From Nemertoderma westbladi (lineage: Eukaryota > Animalia > Xenacoelomorpha), in assembly GCA_032718475.1 (NCBI GenBank), contig JAUCBJ010005652.1, positions 62,001-126,000 of the forward strand: a stretch of DNA of 64,000 bases, in the 5' to 3' direction. The stretch's first letter is position 1. Every line of letters starts with the position of its first letter. Positions 12,501 through 24,021 of the stretch are shown in pieces. The translations under genes were made by a program, and so were the position numbers. The notes beneath the pieces were generated by a model. It saw nothing but the letters and a program-made list of their open reading frames with translations. It was not told the DNA's origin and searched no databases.

Positions 12501-12796
12501 TATGAGGTAGTATGAGTTGCTACCTACCAGCTGAGCCAGTACTCCAACAGTTTCATCTCCTGAAGTAATTTTTACCGGCTCGGATTTCAGGATTCTCTTT
12601 TTAATGTATAAAGCGGATCCACCGGCTCCTCTACGTCTGTTGGGGTTGCTCATAAGTTCACTAGTTATACCTACGCAGTGGAAGCGACCGTCCAATGGTC
12701 GTAGAGTAGTCCTGCACTCGATATCATCAAGCCAGTGTTCCTGTATGGCGACGATGTCACAAGAGTTGAATGTCATAAAGACATGTCACAAGAGTC
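9576..12796 (-). mobile_element. Non-LTR retrotransposon (APE endonuclease + RT; RTEX-like or L2/CR1 group, clade unresolved), 5'-truncated, (TGAAA)n 3' tail, inserted in the copy B protease region
   Basis: Removing it rejoins TTGTCCAACA/AAGATGTCTTC, matching copy C; TTCATTTCATTTCATTT at 9576. Confidence 0.9.
9807..12776 (-). CDS. LINE ORF2: apurinic endonuclease + reverse transcriptase, 989 aa uninterrupted
   Basis: QEHWL, ADFNA, LDHIV, SDHTPI (APE); YRPVS, DIEAAFDNV, GLKQGSLISP, YADD (RT). Confidence 0.92.
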   Translation of the reverse strand: MTFNSCDIVAIQEHWLDDIECRTTLRPLDGRFHCVGITSELMSNPNRRRGAGGSALYIKKRILKSEPVKITSGDETVGVLAQLVGSNSYYLILSPYAPDSGKEIYLYHEFLGRLRALINLYPMATPLILADFNADLGDLQGPRTSQHGCSERGHLLNNFLRTNSLVAADTHAALQGPCVTFKGAHGESYLDHIVTSSNCLNSFTNGRVYEHDPSNNLSDHTPITAHFKICQPITNPTENPHKKVRQHKFAWNRATTAQRDLYKSAVDEGLSVLQKDLHHLLECSSPKSELDNICDTIQSVIMAAAILHIPTIKVNKKTKNIRIRSQLLDRRSKTTKDLYKIWVSHGKDDNHLSGESFKESKRSTRRLRNFLHTNLVANTARRWCSKRTLNPQYFWSNINRKDNQPLTPEMQSIIRKHNEEKFSSTTMKDAAKLQNIHDILEQQCRSSIPPTITPLAVKRAISSLSRGKAPDYVSMTVEHLLSLNPDLISDTLARLINCCLTLKEVPSTFGHTVISSIYKGKGRSTLEPTSYRPVSSISLLAKVLEHILLSDYLNNLTSHGNQTAYKRKHSTDIVVATILETVEQYTSKGSPVYVCQLDIEAAFDNVDHTILVEKMLNNNVNPYIICLILAYFGSSKIFLKFGNLVDPTPIKVSRGLKQGSLISPILYNLYTSNILSRIEHSNLGCRIDTSWLGTVAYADDYLLLGTSLKSVEKMCDILIQEAAQVSLQIDMKKTKWTILNRNYMTHKECFITVNGSLIQMSDHLKFLGHKLGNSNPASNLHDGIQTIAMMSQVFHTKGWTARWLNLETIFKMWNTLAVPVIIYRLTLTIGSLRRKDIDKLDAYHRKVQRGLLLLGNYLENNTLYLLSGTPPLSIIAYRSCYRTLVRTLDCPSLELQLPFRIASQLNMGNSQLRKGISSGYHRALATYPLPQLRSIINFKYRTTSITERICTASPSQNDFHNANFIQNCFRLQNTNINQKRARIMEFYNV

Positions 12797-15700
12797 ACAA
12801 AGATGTCTTCGGCTAGTTCTTTGTCGATGAATGTTCCTGTGCTGCCGGAGTCAAGGAGGGCGTTCACTATGTAGCTCCTTTTTAATCCGTGGACTCTCAA
12901 CTGCACTACGGGAAATTCTCGGATTCCTACGTTGGAAGTTGGCGCTTTCCAAGATGGTTGTCGGTCAGGAATAGTTAGGGGGAGCTCACTATCGGTTTCA
13001 GTCTCATACGTAAGTGCTCGATACACTGCGGTGTTTATTAGATAACAGGATTTGTTTTCGTCGGAGAATTCATCCGTGTAGAATCCTTCCATCTCAGAAC
13101 TTTGGTCAGTGTCGTTCACATCACTGAATTGGACATGTAGTTCGGACTCACTTACCTGACTCGGGCTGTTTCTTTCAAATTCGGTGTGCAACAAGATACG
13201 ATGTTTCGCGCCGCACTTAGCACACCTCGCATCGGAGTAGCAGGTTCGCCATTGGTGTCCTTGTCTGAGACAATTATAACATAACCGCTTATCCCACATG
13301 ACATCACGTCTATCTTTTAGGGATTTCTTTAAGAATTCATCACACACACTTAAACGGTGGGGCCCGTCGCACAATGCATATTTTGGTTTGATGTTACTTA
13401 CTTTACCTTGGGTAGTGTTGTGCACACTCGTTCTTTCCTCGGGCTTTCTTCCATGAATTCTCTTAGGAGACGTAGGAGGAGTTTTTGTTACCTGTTCTCT
13501 CCTGTCACTAGTTCGAGACTTAAATTTACTTACGTCCTTAGGCGCTTTGTTGACATAGTAAGATCTTTCGGTGTCTTTCCCGTTGTTCTCCTCTTGAGAG
13601 GCCTGGCTTTCGCCGTCGTCTGTATAACATACTGGTGTTCTCCTTTCTCCTAGAAACGGGTTTCTCACTTACCTTATTTTCCGGTGTCTTCTCTCTGGAC
13701 TGCTTTAGGAGCTGTAATTTTACCTCTCCATCTAAGAATGACATGAGATCAGCCATGGTAGGGTCTCTTCGTTGTTGTTGCATCATATACAGAACTCTTT
13801 TGTCCCAACGAGTACCCACTCCACGCTTTGGCAAGGTAGATGCTACAGCTCCAATAACCATAGAACTCTGATACTCATGAGACTTACCTAGCCAATCTAA
13901 TTGTCTACAAATCTCCTGGATCTCATCGGAAAATTCTATAATCCCGCTGCTAATAAACTTTCGTGGCGCTACCAATTTCGCATACAAATACCTAGCTATG
14001 TTATTCCTATTACCATACCTGATGTTTAGTGTATCCCAAACTTGTCTTAATCCATCTGGATGTCCAATAAACTTTAACGCCATTAACTTGGGAGATCCTT
14101 CCAAGCACTCGATGAGGAATCTAAGTTTCTCTCCGTTAGATAGCATAGAGTTCTGTATGTTATCTTTATAATATTCATTAAAAGGCAACCATTTCATCTC
14201 ATCTCCGTTGAACTTGACGATCTCTCCCACCTTTACCGCTTGGCGGGCTTCGGTTCTAGCCATTTGACGCGTAAAACTTTCTTGGGCCATCGTATTATTT
14301 AATATCGAGTTATCGGTATATAAATTTCTCGGATTAGGATCAGGTCTATAGGGAATATCATTATCAACAGGTTTATCGTTACCCTTAATAGGGTTTACTA
14401 TAGGAGTTTCTACTTCACTAGCAGTATAGATGCGTGTAGGCTCCACACATTGCGCATGAAATACTTCAGACCTAACAGGTTGACACATTGTTACAGGGGG
14501 TGGTGGTATACCTCTTTGTATATTTACCAATTTATCGCGTTCTAACGCGATACTCTGCTGCACTTCTTGCAACTCTAACCTACCCTCTCTGACTGTTCCC
14601 TTTAACTGTTGAACAGTCCCTTCCATCTCTCGGACCTGCTGAGAGGAACACAAACGGTGTTCCCTCAGCTGCCCGAGCAGGAGACCCATCTCCCGCCGTC
14701 CCTCATCCACCCACTCTACCGCCGAAGCGGGAGCCGCCAACATAGTAGCGGGTAGACAAGGGACGATGGGCGATAAATCGTTAATGTCTCGCTCGGCGTC
14801 CAGGACTGGAATTGACTCTGGAACAGTCCTACTGGGTACAGGTAGTTTAGTACTGTACAAAGGGAATTTAGAGTTAGGTTCTGGAAGTACAGGGGTCTCT
14901 ATCACAGAAGGGGTGGCTTCGAGAACAGGCCTAATTATTTCAGGCTCATCTACTATAGTAGGGAGTCTTTCTACTCTAATAATTTGGTCTGTGGGTTCTG
15001 TACTACCTAAGTCTGCACTAGCTAGTTCGCCTTCTCACAGCTGGGGGCAAATTAGGCAATATCTGATGGTGAGGCGTTCTTCTACGTCTGCTGGAACGAG
15101 ATCTATTTCCTCCGCCTTCAGGATCTGTTGTATCGCCTTCATCAGATGATGTAAATCCCTGTCTCTTGGGAGTAGATCGACTTATCATCTGCATATACTT
15201 AGCTGTTCTTTGTTTATTGAAGTAATCTTGCTTCTCTTGAAGATTTTCCAACTCTAGTTGGACTGTCTCTTCAGAACCCCTCCATTCTGCTGCTGCCACT
15301 GCCTCTGCCGCTTTTCTTTCTGCTTCTGCCGCTGCTACCTTTCTTTCAGCATCTGCCTCTGCCGCTGCCGCTTTTCTTTCGGCTTCTGCCGCTGCCTCTG
15401 CCACTGCCGCTGCCGCTGCCGCTTTTCTTTCAGCTTCTGCCGCTGCCGCTGCAGCTGCCGCCTTTCTTTGAACTTCTGCCGCTGCCACTGCTGCTACCTT
15501 TCTGTCTTCTATCCGTTTTTTCTTTAATTGTTCTTCCTGTTCCCTAGCGAGGAGGATGCTTTCATCAAATTTAGCTTGCTCTGTGACTAACATTTCCGCA
15601 TCTAATGCGTCTAACACAAATTTGGCTCCTTCACTAGTAGGGTGAAGTCCAGCCAGACGTCTCCTCAACTCTTTGTCACCTATAAATCATTGATAGTCCG

Positions 15701-16679
15701 ACAGATAGATGTCAATAGCGTCCTTCTTCTGAGGTTTCTCCAATGTCGCTTCGCTTTCCACTTGAGAAAAGGTAGCGTCTGTTGATTCTCCGTGGGTTGA
15801 GTGCTCAGTTAGCTGAATTTTCCATTGGGATGTTCCTTGAACTTTAAGGCTCACCCATTGGAACCAAGTCTTTACGGCAACTTGCAACGACGTGTCTTGG
15901 CTTCTTTTCGAGGCTTCCTCAAAGGCCGATAGGATTAGTCTGATTCTTAGGATACGTACTCGAACTTGATAAAGCAGCTCTCCCTGCTCTTGAGGTCCTT
16001 GGGGTTGTTGAAACAGTTGTTCCTCTAATCGCTCCAAAGAGCTGAAGAATCCCTGTACATATCCGGCTGCTGACCTCTTCCACACAGCTGGATCTCTAGT
16101 GTCCTTTACCACTCCCATCCTGTATAAGTCCTCCCAGGCAGCTTCCGATAAGTTAAACGGGAGTCCGGGTCCGGGGAAGTTCCATTGCGTCTCGACAATA
16201 GACTTCAGTTCCTCCTTCGTGTATCCCGCATAACTGTCCTTGGTCGATCGCTTACTTCTCGCCCAATCAATTTGATGTTCCTCCACCGCAATCAATACTC
16301 TAGTGAGTACGGCTTCAGGAAGAATGAGAAGTGGATCCGAATAAACTACATCTGCCATCTTTGCTCCGCGCTCGGGTGGCAACTCTACAGTATCTGAACT
16401 ACTGGAGCTATCGGGCTGCTGAGAAATAAGTTCTCGGCTCGGGTGTTGCTGCTGTTTAACAGCTGCCTCTGTGCCGGCCTCCGTGCTTTGAGCCCGAGTG
16501 CCTATGATAGACCTACGGTGCTTTACTAGTCTAGGGTCTGATACTACTACTGAAGGGATGACTTTTCTTACAGTAGGAGGGGACTTGGACTTCGGTCTCA
16601 AATGTTCGGCACTCCTGTCGGAGTCGCAGACTGTTTTTTCTAGGAGACTATCTGACAGAGTTTGCTTTGTGTCAGCCAT
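12797..16679 (-). pseudogene. gag: Copy B gag + aspartic protease, fragmented by stops and frameshifts
   Basis: Colinear with copy C ORF 50585-54784; KFNGDEMKWLPF (DUF1759-like), BEL-type triple Cys/His motif, LLDSGSTGTFI. Confidence 0.88.
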
Positions 16680-18572
16680 GTTTGATTGTACAGTTGAATG
16701 TCTACTACTATAACGACAGTTAAAGCAAGTATATTAATTCAGTATCAACTGTAAGCCTAGTAATTAATTACCGATATCGTTACTAAATGTAACGCGATAT
16801 ATATATAATATATTAGAATACTGGTATACACTTACAGTATATATATAAGTATTATTACAGACTAGGGTTTGTCACAGAATACCGGTATATAATTTCAGCA
16901 CAAATATATAAATATATAATAAGCCTACCGTGAATACCGGTATACAGCTTACACTTATAGTATATATAAGTATAATTATAGACTAGAATTAATTACAGAA
17001 TACCGGTATATAATTTTAGCATAAATTTATATAAATAAATATAATAAGCCTATAGTAAATACCAGTATGTCAATTATTTTATGATAATTGAATTTCTGAG
17101 TTTTAGGGTTACTTTTCTTTACTTTGTTACTGTTATTTAAGCAGTAGTCCAACTGATATTAAGACCTAATTGATGGATAACAGGCCTACTATTTTATAAA
17201 TCGGTTTGAGTTGATTTATAATATATATATACCCGTATAATGGGTTTTGACAATATTCGAAATAAATGTTATTATTTCTGGTAAGGAGTCACTACACAGA
17301 AGCTGAACGCTCTCAGCGAAGTGCTACTTGTGGGACACTAAAACAAATAATTCTACTTGACTAAGTTACTTATTACTACAAATTACGTACAATTATGGGG
17401 TGAGATTACAATCTCTAAATAAACACAAAAATTACACGTACAAATTTTAGGGTAATTTTACAGGAAATTTACAAACCAGCCTAACAAGAGGTTATAATTT
17501 CTGGTTATTACAACGGACAGGATACTACGGTATTTGAAAATAATTAAGCAGTAGTAAATAAATTGCGTTGTCCAGATAAGAAAATACCACCGTCTGACGA
17601 CTTATAGTCTTTAGCTGTACAGCTCTATAAGTACTACGTTATGTACCCGGAGTGTTCCTACCTAGAAGTTAATTACCACAGCCAACCAGAGCTAATGTGC
17701 CTATTAACCACTTTACAACACAAATATACCGCCTACTCACTAATTACCTTCGGAAAGTATTGTACACTAAACCCTAAATTAGGTACAAGTACTTATACAA
17801 CAAATAACCAGTAGTTAAAAATACTTGTACAGCTAAAAGAACCACGGTATCTGCTGGAGTGACTAGAGCATAAAATCACCAGTCTTTACCTACGCCAAGC
17901 AGCCCTGATGTAGTACCGGGGTTAATTTAACTATAACGGTATGTATAACAAGCACAATTACTGTAGGAATTAACTTGGGGAGTTATGTATGTTGCGAATA
18001 CTCGCATAGACTCTGAATAATAAATAAATACGCTACCCGTGCAGACTACACAAACAAAATACAGACCAAATGCTGGCAGACTACTATCAAGCCCAAATAA
18101 ACTACAGTATATGCAGACTCCGAAATGGTTAGTTAGTATGCGTTCTAACCGAGTAGTACGACTTATTCTTTCGGGGGGGATTTACCTTACCGCACTGGAT
18201 GCCCCTACCTTCCTAACTAGTACTTTATCGGACATACACTCTACACACACTGCAATCTCTTCAGACTTAACAACAACCAAACAACAATCCAGCCTACAAA
18301 TTATTTATACAATCTGAGCAGGCTTACACGCCTTCTGCTCAATATTACACTTACAAATAAATAAAACTGACAGAAATAAGTAAAATCCCAATAAAAAACC
18401 AGGGCGGCCGTCCCTGATTAAATATCAAGACCTACCGGTATATAATTATAAAAATCGAATAATACTGCTGTACCTGTAAGTACCGGTTCGGGCAGTTGGG
18501 TAGTTAGGCCTACAGCTTACCGTTCGACCGGTACCTTCGACTTTATTGCCTACGGTGCAATAAAGAATCTGA

Positions 18573-18583
18573 AAATCTATTAT
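18573..18583 (-). promoter_or_regulatory. Non-tRNA primer-binding site of copy B (sense ATAATAGATTT), complementary to its own LTR at 19373-19383
   Basis: Abuts the LTR CA end; no TGG; exact 11-nt reverse complement inside the LTR. Confidence 0.75.
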
Positions 18584-19795
18584 TGTTCGCGCTTTCAGAC
18601 CTTTAGCAGTTTAACCTGCCAATTTTAGGTGTCCTCTTTTTTATAAATCGACTTTAGCCTATAACAATTATTTAATGCACATGAAGTAACATTAGCCGAA
18701 GCCAGTCTATGCGCGATCATTCACCCACAGTTAAGGGAGACTGGATTCGGATGCTTTGACCTTATTGCGTTGCAGACCTACTGTATTATTCGATTGATTG
18801 TTACTATATAATCACTGACAATATTATTCACTTTCAGGGAAATATTAACAGTTCCTTTAGGACGTGGCGCTTTAAGTATAAAACAGAGTTATGACTTATA
18901 CTAAACACAACGAGATGGCTAATGATTTTCATAAATAGCGCATTCTTTAGGAGATGCTTTATTATCTGTCACACTGCTGCATACGATTTCACACTGCTGC
19001 ACACTGATCTGCCGACCATCACTGAATTTGATCATATATAAGGAGGATAGCCACTGACACATGTAGGGATTATGAAATAGCATTTACTGCACACTAAAAC
19101 CAATGTAATGTAAGTCGCAGTTGCTACCGGTAACCGGTCCCTCTAACCTTTAGTAAGCAAGAAGATTGGGGTTTTATGATTATTTATCGATATTCTCCAA
19201 ATATAACAAGATATCCATCAACATATAACCATTAATAACAGACAGTAAACAGAAGTACAATAATGCGGTGATATTCAGCCAGTATCGGTAATACCGGTAC
19301 CGCAGTTGCAGGTGCAGTATCAAAGTTGTTCAGTCAGTGCAGACTGCAATTTCATCAGTCAGGTGATCGGAGATAATAGATTTACGTTCTTGTAATCAAA
19401 GCCGTCTAATGTTGGCCAAAGTCTGAAACTTCTAACACAGAAGTACAGAAGAATCCTAAGCCGGTGTTCTGGGCTTAGAAAAGATACACACTGACTGAAT
19501 TGCGTGGGTTTCTGTAGGCACTGTCCAACACAAAGTGAAAATCGCTCTGATTGGCCGAGCAGAACAAAGAACAAAGAAAAGCTCCACGCTGGCAGTAAAT
19601 CAGCTGACAGATGTCGTCATCTGAACTACCCTCTATTTAGAGTATTTGGCGTATTGCGGCATAAAATGGCTTGTTATGTCCGCTAAAACACCTACAGGGT
19701 ACATTGCGGAGAAAATGGCTTGTTATGTCCGCTAAAACAACTAAACAGTTCATTGCGGAGAAAAATTACTGGTTATATCCGCAAAAGCTTTTACA
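18584..19795 (-). repeat. 5' LTR of copy B (1212 bp), with three ~50-bp tandem repeats in U3 (19653-19783) and a CCAAT box (~19549)
   Basis: TGTTCGCGC...GCTTTTACA on the plus strand; ATTGCGG..AAAAT..GTTAT.TCCGC repeated three times. Confidence 0.92.
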
Positions 19796-20443
19796 ATAAC
19801 TTTCGGAAGCGGTTCTTCATACGGAAGGGGGAATCGTTTATGAGATTGCGATCGTGAGCGAAATATCCCGTTAAAGTGAATATATATGGAGCTATTAGCT
19901 GGAAAGGGAAATCGCCACTAATGATACTACCAGGTAAAGCCCGAATAAACTCGTCAATGTATTGCGATATGGTGCATAAAGGAATTATTCCCTTTTTGAA
20001 GTCAACATTTCCCGAAAATGACTACGTGTTACAGGCAGACTCGGCTCCTTGCCATAAAAGTAAAGAAACAATGGCATTCCTCGATAAAAACAATGTAAAC
20101 TATTCACCGGGGTGGTGGCCTCCTGAATCACCAGATTTAAATGCCATTGAGTGCGTTTGGCATGAATTGAAGGAACATTTTTACGCAATAAAGCGCAACC
20201 ACGTAATAAAGAAGAACTGATTTCTGGAATAACAGATTTCTGGCAAAACATTATCACTGTTGAGAAATGTCGCAATTACATTTGCCATAATCTAAATGTC
20301 ATACCAATGGTTCAAACAAACAACGGTGGTCCAACTCTCAGTTAATTTATGTTTAATTGTAATTACTGTATAATATTATTTCATTACATACTGGCATTAC
20401 TCGCCTCCATTCGAGCTCGAGGTCAATTATTTGGAGACAATTG
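19796..20443 (+). mobile_element. 3' part of a Tc1/mariner transposon (frameshifted transposase); target of the copy B insertion
   Basis: ORF 19876-20220: YGAISWKG, QADSAPCH, WPPESPDLNAIECVW; candidate right end …GGAGACAATTG followed by TA at 20444. Confidence 0.82.
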
Positions 20444-21020
20444 TATACAAAACTATGTATAATCAAAATTTAATCTAAATTATACCTTCAGCTTCACATG
20501 GGGGAATGTGAATGACGCATCATGGCCGAGATAGGATTTGCGTCAAGATTCCCCTCTTCTCGCATACTGCGTAATTGTAAGGTTTTACTGTGTTGAATTG
20601 AGTATATTTGATGAATGCCCCATTGCAATATTTCTAGTTAAAGAGTTAATTGTATTTTATTTATTTATCAAGCACGTTAAGTAAAAACCTTACCGGTAGG
20701 TATGTCAGTGCCAAAGTATGTATTAAACTAAAAAGCAACAAGACCTAGACGTTGCATGGAATCTGTGATCAGCTGACGGCAGCCAGCTGATCGGTAGGTT
20801 TCGCCCCGCAACTGAAGGCATTCTCAGGAGGCCAAGCCAGGAAATGTAGAGAGAGATTCCCAAAGGGGGACGGAACAGGTAACGAAATGAAGATATGTCG
20901 TCTGTACTGTAACTAACCACTGGAAAGCAGCACCGTAAACTTGCGCCAGTCACGTCTCTGCTTGTTGTTAACCTGCTTGTTCTGCTTGTTTTGATGAATG
21001 TCCCATTGCAACCAATTGTT

Positions 21021-21205
21021 TTGGACAGGCGTCCACTGTAGTACCCACGATGACAAATAGTGTTGGACAGGCGTCCACTGTAGTACCCACAACGACAAAT
21101 AGTGTTGGACAGGCGTCCACTGTGGTACCAACGATGACAAATAGTGTTCGACAGGCGTCCACTGTGGTACCCACGATGACAAATAGTGTTGGACAGGCGT
21201 CCACT
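21021..21205. repeat. 42-bp minisatellite, left half (~4.4 units)
   Basis: TTGGACAGGCGTCCACTGTAGTACCCACGATGACAAATAGTG tandem. Confidence 0.95.
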
Positions 21206-22616
21206 CCCTATAAGCATCAACACGTCAAAAACACGTGGATACGACGTAATTATTTGACGTCAACGTGTTGAAAATGACGTCTTGGCCACGTGTATTTTGG
21301 AAGTGTCAAACACGTGTTTGAGCACGTCAAACCATGACGTGTTACAGTTTACGTCAAATGACTTGTTAGACACGTGTCAATTACGTCATCAGACGTCAAA
21401 TACTACACTGGAACACCACACAAGCACGTCAAATGACGTGCTAGACACGTACTGTAACAATAACAGACGCCAAATTCAAATAACTACACCACACAAGCAC
21501 TTACGCGTCGCTTTTTACATCGCTTAGATCCATGACATTATGATTGAAATTGACGGTGTTTGTTGATACTATAATAAAGAAAAAACATTATTATATAATG
21601 TAACCAATAATAAACCAAATATAATATAAATAAATATCTAAATATAATAAACCTAATGGGTCAATTTGGCCATTTTCTTGTCATTGGTGGTGCGCAATAG
21701 CACCACTCACACCCACCATAGTACCTTCCTACCCACTCACTCCCACTATAATACCTTCCTACCCACTCACACCCACTTCATTACCTTCCTACCCACTCAC
21801 ACCCACCTCATTACTTTCCTACACACTCACACCCACCTCATTACTTTCCTACACACTCACACCCATCATATTACCTTCCTACCCACTCACACCCACTATA
21901 TTACCTTCCCACCCACACACACCCACCATATTACCTTGATACCCACTCACACCCATTTCATTACCTTCCTACCCACTCACACCCACCTCATTACCATCCT
22001 ACCCACTCACACCCACCTCATTACTTTCCTACACACTCACACCCACCTCATTACCATCCTACCCACTCACACCCACCATATTACCTTCCTACCCACTCAC
22101 ACCCACCATATTACCTTCATACCCACTCATACCCACTTCATTACCTCCCTACCCACTCACACCCACCATATTACCTTCCTATCCTACCCACACGCACCCA
22201 CCTCATTACTTTCCTACCCACTCACACCCACCACCAATATAAATAACTAACTAAAATATACCCACCACTAATATAAATATACTGTACTCATACTGTAGTC
22301 AGTGAGTAGGTAAAAGTGGTAAGTAGATGTGTCATTAAGACGTGTTCAAGACGTAATTTTAGGTAATTATTTCCAACATGAAAAGTATCACACAGATACG
22401 TGCCATCAAGACGTGTTCATGACGTCATTTTAGGTAATTATATCCACCATGTATAAGTCTCATACAGGAACGTGTCAACAAGACGTGTTCAAGACGTAAT
22501 TTTACGTAATTACGTCAACCATCAAAACTTTGAGTTCTTGCAACAAACATAATTGACGTAAAATGACGTCCACATACCTGTTGAGGTGTAAAAATAGACG
22601 TCAAATGCTTATAGGG
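21206..22616. mobile_element. Non-autonomous CMC/EnSpm (CACTA-like) element inserted in the 42-bp minisatellite
   Basis: 12-bp perfect TIR CCCTATAAGCAT/ATGCTTATAGGG, 2-bp TSD CT, ACGT-rich subterminal repeats. Confidence 0.82.
21702..22235. repeat. 30-bp minisatellite (~17 units) inside the CMC element
   Basis: TTACCTTCCTACCCACTCACACCCACCATA tandem. Confidence 0.95.
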
Positions 22617-22823
22617 CTGTGGTACCCACGATGACAAATAGTGTTGGACAGGCGTCCACTGTGGTAGCCACGATGACAAATAGTGTTGGACAGGCGTCCA
22701 CTGTAGTACACATGATGACAAATAGTGTTGGACAGGCGTCCACTGTAGTACCGACGATGACAAATAGTGTTGGACAGGCGTCCACTGTAGTACCCACGAT
22801 GACAAATACTGTTGGACAGGCGT
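22617..22823. repeat. 42-bp minisatellite, right half (~5 units)
   Basis: Same unit and orientation as 21021-21205. Confidence 0.95.
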
Positions 22824-23164
22824 ACAATCCTGTACACCTTATGAATAAACCGGATGCCACAACGAATAAAATCGAAACAAAATCGAAACATAAACCAAAA
22901 CCAACCAAGTAAACAAAACAAACCCAGTCTTGCTCGGGACAGGGAAATATAAACGTTGTACCAGGTGAGTAACCTAAAATTCCATACCCCCCCCCCCCCC
23001 CCATCATTAAAAAGAAATATGGGTGTACTTTCACTGAAAGTTATCTAGGCATACAGTACTGTATAATGTATAATATCCTGACAAGCCAAAAATAGTAGGC
23101 CTATAATAGATAATAATAATATATTTATAATACTGTATTATATATATTTATGTTCATATTGCAG

Positions 23165-24021
23165 TAGCCGATAATGTTGTGTTTCCTCCTACACCAACAC
23201 GTCAACGTTTACTATTAGACGGTGGTATATCTGAACATGATTCAATTAACCGAATTCGTGGTGACGCGTTTCATGACTTCAATACCATTGAAGTCCAGTC
23301 AGCGACTACTGGTACTTCCCGAGAAAACATTGCTCAATATGGATCAACAGCAAGGCTAAGGATGCCACAACCACCACTGGATAACCGATATTTTTCATCA
23401 GGATACGCAGTAGTTTCAGCAGGCGATATGTGGATATCTGCATTAAAAGCATTTACGGAAACAATGCAGACGACAAATTCGTTAATGGTAGAAATCCGAA
23501 GTTTATTAGTGAGAAATGGAAATGCGAACTTATTGTCTGCAGTCGTTACGCCTACACCTGCACAAACCGCGACTGTTCCAAATTCCTCTAACCATCTACA
23601 CTCTGTCTCCGGGAGCGAATACAACACATCGAAATCGTTTGACATTCTTCAAAGTAGAAAACAATTCCAGCACTACCCTGAGCTACAATTGATAGAACTT
23701 GAAAAATATGGCATCTCTCGATCTCAATTATCTAACATATGTTCTAATCCGGATTTTGATTCACGTAGCAAACTATATTTTAAACTCTTGCAGATGGTTG
23801 TATCACCTGAGGAATTGTCATCAAACGCAACGATCAGTACATCCAAAGATAATTCCAAAAATGTTATTGACCAAATGAAGGTTAACTGGGCCAAGAAGGA
23901 ATTGTTTGAGTTGATTAGTGGAATCGAAAATATGCGCCAGGTATGGAGAATGGTCAGAAATTGTGTAAACACCACTCTGGCCTCTCTATACAAAAATTGT
24001 CAACAAAAGAAGGACTTATAA
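23165..24021 (+). CDS. Terminal exon of a probable BEN-domain protein (gene may be disrupted upstream)
   Basis: C-terminal LLQMVVSPEEL…IDQMKVNWAK…WRMVRNCVNTTL resembles the BEN pattern; acceptor TTGCAG at 23164 is in phase with donor CAG/GTGAGT at 22965. Confidence 0.6.

Larger units (their letters stand above)
8209..19795 (-). mobile_element. BEL/Pao copy B: 5' LTR, ~1.9 kb 5' UTR, disrupted gag-protease-RT; interrupted by a LINE and by copy A
   Basis: LTR 18584-19795; gag fragments 15687-16679, 15018-15668, 13538-14905, 12797-13668 (Cys/His knuckles CYNCLRQGH..C, LLDSGS protease); RT fragment 8209-9575. Confidence 0.92.

Noticed and set aside
17928-17940. TAACTATAACGGT, matching part of the rRNA/I-CeuI site
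   Set aside because: Only 13 nt with no further rRNA similarity; it lies in the BEL 5' UTR.
19330-19362. Hammerhead ribozyme core CUGAUGA just downstream of the putative self-primer in copy B
   Set aside because: No properly placed GAAA or stems II/III, and the motif is not conserved in the A or C LTRs.
21666-22250. His/Thr-rich 194-aa ORF
   Set aside because: Translation artefact of the 30-bp minisatellite within a MITE; starts at TTG.
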